NCBI GenBank assembly: GCA_038087875.1
Contig: CM075994.1
Span: 1,490,001-1,554,000 of the forward strand
Source of the DNA: Malacoraja senta
Taxonomy: Eukaryota
Length of the DNA: 64,000 bases
Reading direction: 5' to 3'
Positions 27,401 to 39,596 of the stretch are shown piece by piece; the stretch's first letter is position 1; each line of letters begins with the position of its first letter. The translations under genes were made by a program, and so were the position numbers. A model generated the notes under the pieces. The model saw only the letters and a list, made by a program, of their open reading frames with translations, was not told where the DNA came from and ran no database searches.

Positions 27401-29018
27401 CCAAAATTGGCACCTGTTGCATATGGACTCAGTGGGCTGTTCTGTGCATACTGTACTGACCGGGGTAATTGTGCTCATAGTCTTGCTGAAGATAGACACA
27501 AAATACTGGGGGTAACTCAGCGGGACAGGCAGCATCTGTGGAGAGAAGGAATGGGTGACGTTTGGGGTCGAGATCCTTCTTCGAACTGAAAGTCAGGGGA
27601 GAGGGTTTCCCTTCCAATGAGGACCTTGTTAAAATGTGAAGTGTGTGTTAACAAGCAGAGGTGAGTTTGCCTGTTGAATAGCGTAATACCTCAGTGATGT
27701 CAGTGAAACGATGAACAGTGGGCTATTTTTTTTGAAAGCACACATTTAAGGAACAAATTGATGGTTGTTTAATGAACAGGGATTTTTGTGACATTCATTT
27801 CACTCTCAGTCCGAGTCGATCCAAAATATCACCTATTGCTTTTCTAAAAAAATGCTGCCTGACCCGCCGAGTTACTCCAGCATTTTGTGTCTACCTTTTC
27901 CTAGTTTCTTTGTTTTGTTATGATATGATCAGTTTTCAGAGCTCTGCAGATATTTTAATGTTTTACTCTGATGCCGTATAATCTTTGTGCCTGAATTTGT
28001 TTTTAAAGACGACTACTGGGCTCCGCAAGTCATTAAGAATTTAGTGATCTGAGAGGGGACGTTGGCAGGGAGTCACTTCAATCCCACCAGGGCCTTGCCA
28101 GAGACAACCATATTCCATGATCTCCATCTCCATGATCTCCATACCAGGCACAGCTCTCGAAGGACATGAGGTTCATAGGTTTATGTTCATAAGTTATAGA
28201 AGCAGAATTAGGTTAATCGGCCCATCAAGTCTACTCTGCCATTAAATCATGGCTGATTTATCTTTCCCTCACAATGCTCATGCCCTTCACCCCATAACCC
28301 TTGACCCCCGTATTAATCACGAATCTACGTATCAATGTCTCCCTTAAAAATGTCCACTGACGTGCCCTCCACAGGCGTCTGTGACAATGGATTCCACAGA
28401 TTCAACACCCTCTGACTAAAGAAATTCCTCTTCATCTTCCTGAAGGAACGTTCTTTAACGACTAGTCCTAGACTCTCCCACCAGTGGATATCTCCACATC
28501 CACTCTATCCTGGCCTTTCACTGTTTGATGTATATCGTCTAACCACAGACCCAACCAACAACCTGGTCAGAAACAAGATTGAAAACCCGGACTAAACTCT
28601 AATCAGAAACCTGGGCAGAATCCAGGCAGCAACCTGCTCACAACAGTAGATTTTTAAAATAAGACACCAAGTGGTGAAGTAACACAGAGGGTCCTTGGGT
28701 ATTTTTAAGGTGGAGATTGAGAGGTTCTCGATTAGTAAAATGTGTCAAAGGTTACGGGGAGAAGGCAGGACAATGGGGTTGAGAGCGAAAAATAGATCAG
28801 CCATTTGTGATTGGCAGAGTAAACTCGATGGTCCGAGTGACCTAATTCTGCTCCTCGGTTTCATGGTTTTATGATTTGACTGGGTTGCTGTTTAAGGTTT
28901 TGACCATGTTTCTAGATCGACTGTAGAAACAAGGAACAGCAGATGCTTGTTTAAATAATAGACGCAAAGTGCTGGAGTAAATCAGCGGGTCAGACATCAT
29001 CCCTGGAGGACATGGACA

Positions 29019-31820
29019 TGGTAAAAGTGCCAAGGAGGAGGATTTCCTGGAATGTATACGGGATGGATTCTTAAACCCATATGTAGAGGAACCAACTAGT
29101 GGGCAGGCCATCCTAGACTGTGTGATGAGGAAGGATTATTTAGCGATCTTGTTGTGCAAGGCTCCTTGGGCACCAGTGACCATAATATGGTGGAATTCTG
29201 CATTAGGATGGAGAGTGACACGGTTAATTCAGAGACTGGTGTCCTGAACTTCAAAAAAGGAAACGTTGAAGGTATGAGACAGGAATTGGCTTGGATTGAC
29301 TGGCAACTTATACTTAAAGGGTTGACAGTGGAGGTACAATGGCAAAGATTTAAAGACCCGCGTGTATGAATTCCAGAAATTGTTCATCCCTGTCTGGCAA
29401 AAGAATAAAACTGGGAAGGCGGCTCAACCGTGCCTGACGAGGGAAGTCAAGGATAGTGTTAAAGCCGTGGAAGATGCATATAAATTGTCCAGAAGACGCT
29501 GCAAACCAGAGGACGGAGAAATGTAGAACTCAACAGTGGAGGATAAAGGGGTTAATTAAGTGGGGGGGGGGAGAAAGAGCATGAAGGAAAGCTTGTGGGA
29601 AATATAAGAACATTCTGTACTTGTTTCTATGGGTATGTAAAAAGGAAAAGATTAGTGAAGACAAATGTAGGTTCCTTACAGTCAGAGACAGGTGAATTTA
29701 TAATGGGAAACAAGGAAATGGCAGAACAGTTGAACAAGTACATTGGTTCTGTCTTCACTAAGGAAGACACAAGCAATCTCCCGGAAATACTAGCGGACCG
29801 AAGATCTAGTGGGAGGGATGAACTGAAGGGAATCCACATTAGTCAGGAAATGGTGTTTGGTAAACTTTTTTTTTTTTTTAATTTGTATTTTATTAGAAGT
29901 ACATTACAACCACATATATTAGTACTTGTCATTTATATCTTCTTACAATTAATGTACTCCATTTATTTTTTACACTAGAAAAGGAAAAGATTGAAAGAAA
30001 GAAGAAAGTGAAGGAAAAAGTGAAAGTGTAGGAAATGTGACAACAAAAAAGGACGAAGACCCTATAAGAGCAAAATTAAAAACAAAAGAAAAAGAGTTAA
30101 GAAATAGACCCTAGGAAAGAAAGAAAGAGAGAAAGAGGAAAAGGAAAGAAACAAATATTTTTATGAGCATTACGTAAATGGGACATACCAGCTCTTCAAC
30201 TATCATCCCCCCTTACCTGACCTCAATTTTTTTTTTAAAGTACTTTTCACCCTCTGAAGGCAAATATATCCCCAGGGCCAGATGGTCTGCATCCCAGAGT
30301 ACTCCCAGAGTACTCAAGGAGTTGACCCTAGAAATCGTGGATAGTGATCATTTTCCAATGTTCTCTCAACTCGGGGTCAGTTCCTGTGGACTGGAGGGTT
30401 GCCAATGTAACTCAACTTTTTAAGAAAGGAGGGAGAGAGGAAATGGGGAATTATAGACAAGAGCCTTACATTGATATGGGAGAAGAGGCTGGAGTTGATT
30501 ATTAAAGAAGTTACATCAGCACATTTGGGCAGCAGTGGGCAAAGTCACCATGGATTTTTGAAGGGGAAATCATGCTTGACTAATCCTTTGGATTTTTTTT
30601 TGAGAATGTAACAAGTAGAATGGATTATGGAGAGACCGTGGATGTAGTGTATCTGGACTTTCAAAAAGCCTTTGACAAGGTCCCACACAAGAGATTAGTG
30701 TGCAGAATTAGTGCAAGTGTTATTGAGGATAGGGTATTGACATGGATAGAGAATTGGTTGGCAGGCAGGAAACAAAGAGTAGGAATTAATGGGTCCTTTT
30801 CAGAATGGCAGGCATTGACTAGTCGGGTGTCGCAAGGCGTTGTGTTAGGGCCCCAGTTGCTCACAAAATATATTAACGATTTAGACGAGGGAATTAAACG
30901 TAACATCTCCGAGTTTGAGGATGACACAAAGCTGGGTGGCAGTGTGAGCTGCGAGGAGGATGATATGAGGCTGCAGGGTGACTTGGATAGGTTGAGTGAA
31001 TGGGCAGAAGCATGACAAATGCAGTATAATGTGGATAAATGTGAGGTTATGCACTTTGGTTGCAAGAACAGGAAGGAAGATTACTATCTGAATGGCGCCA
31101 GGTTAGGGGAAGGGGAGCTGCAACAAGACCAGGGTGTGCTTGTACATCAATCACTGAAAGTAAGCATGCGGGTACAGCAGGCAGTGACGAAAGCCAATGG
31201 CATGATGGCCTTCATTGTGAGAGGATTTGAGTTTAGGAGCAAGGAGGTCCGATTGCAGTTGTACCGGGCCCCGGTGAGACCTCATCTGGGGTATAGTGTA
31301 CAATTTTGGTCTCCTAATTTGAGGAAGGACATTATTGCTTTTGAGGGAGTGCAGCGTAGATTCACCAGGTTAATTCCCGGGATGGCAGGACTGACGTGCG
31401 GCGACTGGGCTTGTATTCGCTGGAATTTAGAAGGATGAGAGGAGATCTTATATAAACATATACAATTCTTAGAGGATTGGACAGGGTCGATGCAGGAAAA
31501 ATGTTCCCGATGTTGGGGGAGTCCTGAACCAGGGTCACAGTTTAAGAATAAGGGGTAGGCCATTTTGGACTGAGATGAGGAAAAACCTTTTCACCCAGAG
31601 AATTGTGAATCTGTGGAATTCTCTGCCGCAGAAGGCAGTGGAGGCCAACTCACAGGATGTTTTCAAGAGAGAGTTAGATTTAGCTCTTTGGGCTAAGGGA
31701 TTAAAGGGATACAGGGAAAAAGCCAGAACTGGGTACTGATTTGGATGATCAGCCATGATCACATTGAATGGTGGTGCTGGCTCGAAGGGCCAAATGGCCT
31801 ACTCCTGCACCTATTTTCTG
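29019..31820 (+). mobile_element. Older CR1 LINE (end of APE domain through 3' end), interrupted by an L1-like 3' fragment
   Basis: LGTSDHNMV, YVKRKRLVKTNVG, YLDFQKAFDKVPH, YINDL and FEDDTK, with multiple frameshifts and stops. Confidence 0.92.
29868..30245 (-). mobile_element. L1-like 3' UTR/poly(A) fragment
   Basis: Poly(T) followed by TTTATTAGAAGTACATTACAACCACAT, the reverse complement of the 3' end of the 49096-49613 element. Confidence 0.7.
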
Positions 31821-32209
31821 TGGGTAGGTGTGAAGTCAGATCGGGCCAATCTTTAGGCTTTTACTTTCAACTGATAGCAACCATCTTGACTTCTCTACTC
31901 CCCCTACCCACTCCAATCTCACCCCCTCTGAACGCACAGCCCTCGGCTCACTCAGTAACAATCCCAACATTGTTATTAATAGGGCCAACAAGGGAGGTGC
32001 GGTTGTTGTCTGGCAACTGACCCCACTATGCAGAGACCATAACCCCACAGAAAAACATATCTCAATCTAAGATATCTGAAGAAGAGTCCCAACCCCAAAC
32101 CTTCACCTAACCATGTTCTCCAGATATGCTGCGTGACCCATTGCTTTACTCCAGCACTTTGTGCCTTCTTTTTTAAAACAAGCATCTGCAGTTCCTTGTT
32201 TCTACAGTA

Positions 32210-32945
32210 GATCTAGAAACCACGCCAAAACCTTGAACAGAAAACTGGTCAGAACCTTAGTCAGAGAGCCAGCTGCAACCACAATTAGCAACATAGTCAA
32301 AGTCTTAACCAAAAACCTGCTCAGCGCATTGAATGGAAACTCTTTCCGAACTCGAATGAACAACCTGTTCAAAATCTTAACCAGATACCTGATCAGAGAC
32401 ATAGTCATAACTCTGGTCGCGGACGGCACAGTGGAGCAGTGATAGAGTTGCTGCCTCATAGCGCCAGAGAACCGGATTTAATCCTGACTGTAGGGGATGT
32501 ATGTACGCAGTTTGTACATTCACCCTGTTTACACTTGGATTTTCTCCGGGTGCTCTGGTTTCCTCCCACACTCCAAAGACGTGCAGGTTTGTGGGTCAAT
32601 TGGCTTCTGTAAAAAATTATCCTCACGTGTGTAGGATATAACTGGTGTAGAAGCGATTGCTGATCGGTGCGAACTCAGTGGGCTGAAGGGTCTGTTTCCG
32701 TTCTGTATTTCCAAACTAATCAAAACAAAATTATGATCAGAAACTTGGTCAGAGCTTTAACCAGGACCTCAGTTTGAAACTTCTCGGCACCGGACCAGAA
32801 TATTAACCAGTATCCAGTAAGAATCTGAATCAACACCCGTGTTGGTTTGTTAACCAGGAATCTGTCCATTCTCAGTAACATTGTCAGGTTCTCGGCTTGA
32901 ACCGTAACCAGCGGCCTCATCAGAGCCTTAACTAGGAATCCCAAG
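32210..32945. repeat. Degenerate 12-bp-period tandem array interrupted by a SINE (32420-32716)
   Basis: Units such as AGAAAACTGGTC, AGAACCTTAGTC, AAAGTCTTAACC, AAAAACCTGCTC, AAAATCTTAACC, AGATACCTGATC, AGAAACTTGGTC and AGAGCTTTAACC. Confidence 0.7.
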
Positions 32946-33039
32946 TGATAACACAGTGAAGAGAATTAACAACATCGCACACAAGAGTCAGGAGACAAGA
33001 TTTTTTTCATTCAGAGCGTGTTTGAAATCTCTGCTTTGT

Positions 33040-33617
33040 TCATCAGTCAATGAAAGTAAGCATCCAGGCTCAGCAGGCAGTGAAGAAAGCGAATGGTATG
33101 TTGGCCTTCGTAACAAAAGGAGTTGAGTTTAGGAGCAGTTGTACAGGGCCCTAGTGCGACCTGCAGAATTGTGTGCAGTTTTGGGCTCCAAATTTGAAGA
33201 AGGACATTCTTGCTATTGAGGGAGTGCAGCGTCGGTTCACAAGGTTAATTCCCGAGATGGCAGGACTGTCAAATGCTGAGAAAATGGAGCGATTGGGATT
33301 GTATACTCTGGAATTTAGAAGGATGAAGACGGATATTATTGAATCATATAAGATTACTAAGGATTTGGACACGCTAGAGGCAGGTAACATGTTCCCGATG
33401 TTGGGGAGTCCAGAACCAGGAGCCACAGTTTTAGAATAAGGGGTAGACCATTTAGAACGGAGATGAGGAACCACTTTTTCACACAGAGAATTGTGAGTCT
33501 GTGGAATACACTGCCGAGGGCGGTGGCGGCCGGTTCTCTGTATACTTTCAAGAGAGAGCTAGATAGGGTTCTTAAAGATCGCGGAGTCAGGGGATATGGG
33601 GAGTAGGCAGGAACGGG
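33040..33617 (+). mobile_element. CR1 3' fragment running into the gap
   Basis: QFWAPNLKKDILAIEGVQRRFTRLIP.. Confidence 0.9.
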
Positions 33618-33817
33618 NNNNNNNNNNNNNNNNNNNNNNNNNNNNNNNNNNNNNNNNNNNNNNNNNNNNNNNNNNNNNNNNNNNNNNNNNNNNNNNNNNN
33701 NNNNNNNNNNNNNNNNNNNNNNNNNNNNNNNNNNNNNNNNNNNNNNNNNNNNNNNNNNNNNNNNNNNNNNNNNNNNNNNNNNNNNNNNNNNNNNNNNNNN
33801 NNNNNNNNNNNNNNNNN
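33618..33817. other. Assembly gap (200 N)
   Basis: A run of 200 N; the round number suggests a placeholder of unknown true size. Confidence 0.98.
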
Positions 33818-35253
33818 GACATTTTCAACCTCTCACTTCTGAGGTTCCCACCTGCTTCAAAAGGGCATCAATTATACCAGTGCCCAAGAAGAGTAAGGTG
33901 ACGTGCCTCAATGACTATCGACCTGTGGCACTAACGCCTGTGGTGACGAAGTGCTTTGAGAGGTTGATCATGACGCAGATCAACTCGTACCTCGACAAAA
34001 ACCTGGACCACTGCAGTTCGCTTACCGCCACAACAGATCAACGGTGGATGCGATCTCGCTGGCCCTCCACTCCGCTCTGGACCACTTGGACAACAAAAAC
34101 TCATATGTCAGGCTGTTATTCATCGATTACAGCTCGGCATTTAATACAATCATCCCCTCCAAGCTGGTTACCAAACTCGCAGAACTGGGTCTCTGCGCAT
34201 CCCTCTGCAATTGGATCCTCGACTTCCTCACTCACAGACCACAGTCTGTTCATATTGGTGGAAATGTGTCAGACTCGATAATAATCAGCACGGGAGCACC
34301 TCAAGGCTGCGTGCTCAGCCCCCTGCTGTACTCACTCTATACTCATGACTGCGTAGCCGGACATAGTGCGAACTCCATCTTCAAGTTCGCTGACAACACC
34401 ACTGTTGTGGGACGTATCACTGATGGGGATGAGTCAGAGTATAGAAGAGAGATCGAGCAACTGTCCATATGGTGCCAGCACAATAACCTGGCCCTCAACA
34501 CCAGCAAATCCAAGGAACTGATTGTGGACTTTGGAAGGAGTAGGATGGGGACCCACAGTCCCGTTTATATCAACGGGTCGATGGTGAAAGGGTCAAGAGC
34601 TTCAAATTCCTGGGCGTGCACATCTCTGAAGATCTTCTTGGTCCGAGAACACTGATGCCATTATTAAGAAAGCACATCAGCGCCTCTACTTCCTGAGAAG
34701 ATTACGGAGAGTCGGTTTGTCAAGGAGGACTCTCTCTAACTTCTACAGGTGCACAGTAGAGAGCATGCTGACCGGTTGCATCGTGGCTTGGTTCGGCAAC
34801 TTGAGCGCCCTGGAGAGGAAAGACTAAAAAGTAGTAAACACTGCCCAGTCCATCATCGGCTCTGACCTCCCTTCCATCGAGGGGATCTATCACAGTCGCC
34901 TGCCTCAAAAAAGGCTGGCAGTATCATCAAGGACCCACACCATCCTGGCCACACACTCATCTCCCTACTACCTTCAGGTAGAAGGTACAGGAGCCTGAAG
35001 ACTGCAACGACCAGGTTCAGGAATAGCTACTTCCCCACAGCCATCAGGCTATTAAACCTGGCTCGGACATAACACTGAACTTTATTAGCCAATACTGTTA
35101 TTTGCACTTTATCAGTATATTGATTCATGTGTGTATATATTTATAGAATGCCTTGTAGTCAATGTCTACTATGTTCTGTTGTGCTGAAGCAAAGCAAGAA
35201 TTTCATTGTCCTATCAGGGACACATGACAATAAACTCACTTGACTTGACTTGA
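33818..35253 (+). mobile_element. Rex1/Babar LINE, frameshifted
   Basis: [27 protein letters not shown] and KFADN; ends AATAAACTCAC(TTGAC)n. Confidence 0.92.
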
Positions 35254-36542
35254 GGACCAAAGTTGTGCCAATGAAAGTCAAAGAAGCCATTATGAGACTG
35301 TGAAAAAAGAATAAAACTATTAGAGACATCAGCCAAACCTTAGGCTTACCAAAATCAACTGTTTTGGAACATCATTAAGAAGAAAGAGAGCACTCGTGAG
35401 CTTACTAATTGCAAAGGGACTGGCAGGCCAAGGAAGACCTCCACAGCTGATGACAGAAGAATTCTCTCTGTAATAAAGAAAAAAAACCAAACACCTGTCC
35501 GACAGATCAGAAACACTCTTCAGGAGTCAGGTGTGGATTTGTCAAAGACCACTGTCCACAGAAGACTTCATGAACTGAAATACAGAGGCTGCACTGCAAG
35601 ATGCAAACCACTGGTTAGCTGCAAAAATAGGATGGCCAGGTTACAGTTTGCCAAGAAGTACATAAAAGAGCAACCACAGTTCTGGAAAATGGTCTTGTGG
35701 ACAGATGAGATGAAGATTATCGTATATCAGAGTGATGGCAAGAGCAAAGTATTGAGGAGAGAAGGAACTGCTCAAGATCTAAAGCATACCACCTCATCTG
35801 TGAAACACAGTGGTGGGGGTGTTATGGCCTGGGCATGTACGGCTGCTGGAGGTACTGGCTCACATATTTTTCATTGATGATACAACTGCTGATGGTAGTA
35901 GCATAATGAATTCTGAAGTGTATAGACACATCCTATTTGCTCAAGTTCAAACAAATGCCTCGAAACTCATTGGCCGGTGGTTCATTCTACAGCAAAACAA
36001 TGATCCCAAACATACTGCTAAAGCAACCAAGGAGTTTTTCAAAGCTAAAAAATTGTCAATTTTGAGTGGCCAAGAAATCATCCGATCTGAACCCAATTGA
36101 GCATACCTTTTATATGCTGAAGAGAAAACTGAAGGGGACTAGTCCCCAAAACAAGCATAAGCTAAAGATGGCTGCAATACAGGCCTGGCAGAGCATCACC
36201 AGAGAAGACACCCAGCAACTGGTGATGTCCATGAATCGCAGACTTCAAGCAGTCATTGCAAGCAAAGGATATGAAACAAAATACTAAACATGACTACTTT
36301 CATTTCCATGACATTGCTGTGTCGCAAACATTATGGTGCCCTGAAATGGGGGGACTATGTATAAACACTGCTGTAATTTATACAAAGTGAAACCAAAATG
36401 TATAAAAATAGCCTTTATTGAAATGTGACAATGTGCACTTTAACCACATGTGATTTTTTTCTATTAGAAATCTCAAATTGTGGAGTACAGAGGCAAATAA
36501 ATAAATGATGGGTCTTTGTCCCAAACATTATGGAGGGCACTG
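35254..36542 (+). mobile_element. Tc1/mariner transposon (IR/DR type), left end lost, frameshifted transposase
   Basis: VLWTDE, GGGVMAWAC, QQNNDPKH and DLNPIEH. The right TIR has two DRs (CAAACATTATGG at ~36325 and ~36522) and ends ..GGGCACTG followed by TA. Confidence 0.92.
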
Positions 36543-37179
36543 TAGCTGGCCTGAGACCACTCTCATTAATGAATGCAAGTGCTGACGCTAACATGTATCT
36601 GTTTCTTTCCTACTGATTAATGCTGCCTGTTGGATTCTATATTTAAAAAATTGTGGGTTAGCCCCGAACAGGAATTTAAGCAGTGCACTGAGTATGCATC
36701 TCTAGGGCAAGCTGCCTCCATAAATCAAGGGCCTTCATCTGCATCTGTTTTCCCTCATGTCCAGTCAATTCTAACACTTCCATCTGGCATTTTACCTTCT
36801 CTCCCTGCTGCTATAATGTAAGTCAGGGTCCATTCATCCCACCTGCATTTGTCGAGAATGTCTCACGCCAAACATTAAAATGTTATATCTTGAGGGTTAT
36901 ATCTTGAGGGTTTCATTGTGTGTGGTAAATGGCTTGGTTAAAGCTGAAGGTTTAGTTTATAATATGTACTTGTCTTTATTATTAAAGTCTAAGAAAGCAA
37001 AATGATTGGAATTGCGGTTGAGGGTTCCACTGGGTCATTTTGTAGAATGATAATTGATGGCTACTTTCTCATTTGGGAGATGGTCTTGAGATTCAGGGTC
37101 TTATCTGGGCCCGAGCAACATTAACCAGCCCTGTGGAGCTCTCACAGCAAACAAAAAATTCTCAGAATTATTTAGCACA

Positions 37180-37810
37180 AGAAATAAGGAAATGCAGATG
37201 CTGGTTTACAAAAAAAAGACAGAAAATGCTCGAGAAACTCAGCAGGACAGGCAGCATCACTGGGTTGCCCCTCCTCCCCCCCCCCCCCCTCCTGTAACCC
37301 CCTTCTCACCTGAATCCACCTATTACTTGTCAGGCTTTGTCCTGCCCCTCCTCTCTTCCAGCTTTCTTTTCACACAACGTGCTGGAGTAACTCTGCAGGT
37401 CAGGCAGCATCTGTGGAGAAATAGGATGGGTGACGTTTCTTCAGACTGAAAGTAGTGGTGAGTGGAACTAGAGGTAGGAAAAGGCCTGAACAAAGCAGGG
37501 CCGACAACAGATGACCAAGGACGGATGGAGTCCTTAATGGCCCATTGTTGACTGGGGAAGAGGTAATAACGAAGGGATACAGGGATGCGAACAGTGGAAC
37601 TGGTAGGATGTCTAACGTGGGAGGGGGTGAAAAAAGGGAATGCAGGGGTTACTTGAAATTAGAGAAATCTACGTTCAATCCACTGGGTTGTAAGCTGCCC
37701 AAGTGAAATATGAGGTGCTGTTTGTTTGTGGCCACATTCTGACAGTGGAGGAGGCCCAGGACACAAAGGTTAGAATGGGAAGGGGAGTTAAAATGTTTGG
37801 CAACTAGGAG
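37180..37810 (-). mobile_element. Penelope-like 3' fragments
   Basis: TGTAAGCTGCCCAAGTGAAATATGAGGTGCTG block plus the conserved GCTGGAGTAACTC..GGCAGCATC block. Confidence 0.7.
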
Positions 37811-38233
37811 ATTGCGTCTATTTGTATATTTAAAAAACTAGTCAATAAGTGAAGCAGACTCGATGGACCAAGCAGCCTAATTCTGCTCCTATGTCTTATG
37901 GTCTTTTGAGCTGTAGCTTATTGCTGGAAATTCTTCTGCTTGCTTGTTGAGGTGGTTTCTAATGGATACCAACCAGCAGATAATAAATCGTTGCCTGTGT
38001 GCCAAGAATTAGAAAAGTTGTCTATACTTTTAATTCAGCATTAAAGTGTGACATGTGAATGAAGACATCAGCTGAATTCTTTGAAGATAGTTATGCTTCA
38101 AGGATTGGAATAGTGCCTCTCCTGACTACCGGCTCAAGATATGGGGGTGCAAATAGACACAAACTGAAGATAGACACAAAATGCCGGGGTAACTCAGCAG
38201 GTCAGGCAGCATCTCTGGAGAACATGGATAAGG

Positions 38234-38261
38234 GACGTTTCGGGTCGAGACCCTTCTTCAG
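38234..38261 (-). ncRNA. Minimal type I hammerhead-ribozyme motif (Penelope-associated), best-preserved copy
   Basis: The minus strand reads CTGAAGA-A-GGGT-CTCG-ACCC-GAAA-CGTC: core CUGANGA, 4-bp stem II, GAAA, palindromic ACGU stem III and a GUC triplet. Confidence 0.6.
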
Positions 38262-38323
38262 ACATTTATTCTTCAGACATTTATAAGGTTTAACTGTTTG
38301 TGCAGCCAAGTAAATACATTGCT

Positions 38324-39395
38324 TGGCTGCACAATTTTGGATTCATAGTAGGCCGTATAACACTTTTCCTCAGACAATTGACCTCGAGGTGGGAGCTGCA
38401 TAGCAACTCCGTCATCTCTTGGCTTTTATCTGCTATTCTGGCAAAAGCAGTAATTCCAGAACCCAGCAGTTTTAATATTCTCTGCAATTTCAATTCTTGA
38501 GTTCTCATAGTCATACTCAATTGATTCCAGATGATTTGATTCACTGCTGGTGCTTTCAGCAACACACAGTTGCTCGGGGTCTCGTGCTTTTTTGCAGTAT
38601 CATCCATCTCCTGCTGTTCCAGCTGATGGGAAACCAAATAATTTATTAAGGAGGCCAGCTCATCTCCTAGTGGCTCTCCTGACCCTGACGGGGCAGCGAA
38701 TCGTACTGCCAGTGGTGGAATATCTGGTATCTGCAGTTCTTCACCTTGTATAGCCTCACCGTCAGTCGGGGTCTGAACTCTCATGACCCATATCACTCTC
38801 CTCATCTCTGAGGGTGCATTCCATCAGCCCTGTGCCAGGTGCTGTTAGGCTGCTTCCAGCAGCTGGTATTTCAGTACACTCCCTGAGTGTACTTTGCTCC
38901 AACAGCCTATGCAGAAGACTTTTCATCTGGCTAATACGCACAAAGGCAGTATCTAGCCCTGGAGCTTCCATTGCCTGGGACTCCTCCTCCGTGGGCCGTC
39001 TGGATTTAAACTTGGCCTTTCGCCCGACAGGCGCTGACTGAGTTTTCATCAGCCCCAGGTCCACAGTCGCTATGCTCACCGCTGGCGACTGTACCGGGGT
39101 TAGAGGTGGCTGGCTTGTACCTGGAGATTCCCGACTTTCTGCCGGCTGAATCGCACGCCTCTTCCCCCTGCCCGTTTTTTCCATGGCGTTCTGTGGAAAA
39201 ATCCCATAGACCCACAGAAAACGGACCTGGAAATACTTTAAAAAGTTTCTACTTACCTTGTAGTTGTAAAAACTACAAACCACTGGAGGAGCTCTGCTCC
39301 TCACGTCCGTTTGCGTCAAGGCGTCTGACGTAATGACGCGCAGGCGCACTGGCGGGGTTCTTCACGTAGTCACGCACGTGACTCCGAAGTAAAAC
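38324..39395 (-). mobile_element. DIRS-like (tyrosine-recombinase retrotransposon) 5' fragment with gag-like ORF
   Basis: The minus strand starts GTTTTACTTCGGAGTCACGTGCGTGACTACGTGAAG. ORF 38290-38805 contains ETPSNCVLLKAPAVNQIIWNQL..RTQELKLQ, a pattern I recognise from DIRS gag proteins. Confidence 0.7.
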
Positions 39396-39596
39396 TGTTT
39401 GTGCAGCCAAGTAAATACATTGCTGTACAAATTGAGCAAATAAAGAACGACTGAAATTGAATATTAGTTCTTGAATTACCCTTGGACAATGGCCAAGAAT
39501 AAAACTTTTTTTAGTTTAGTTTATTGTTATGTGTACCATTACAGTGAAAAGCTTTTGTTGTGTGCTATCCAGTCAGCGGAAAGACAATACATGACA

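Noticed and set aside
26803..27422. Several overlapping 120-200 aa Pro/Arg/Gly-rich ORFs
   Set aside because: Expected from stop-codon scarcity in GC-rich DNA; no recognisable domain.
32210..32945. Periodic array considered as CRISPR-like
   Set aside because: Units are contiguous and degenerate with no repeat-spacer alternation, there are no cas genes, and the context is vertebrate.
33559..33901. ORFs spanning X residues
   Set aside because: Artefact of the N gap.
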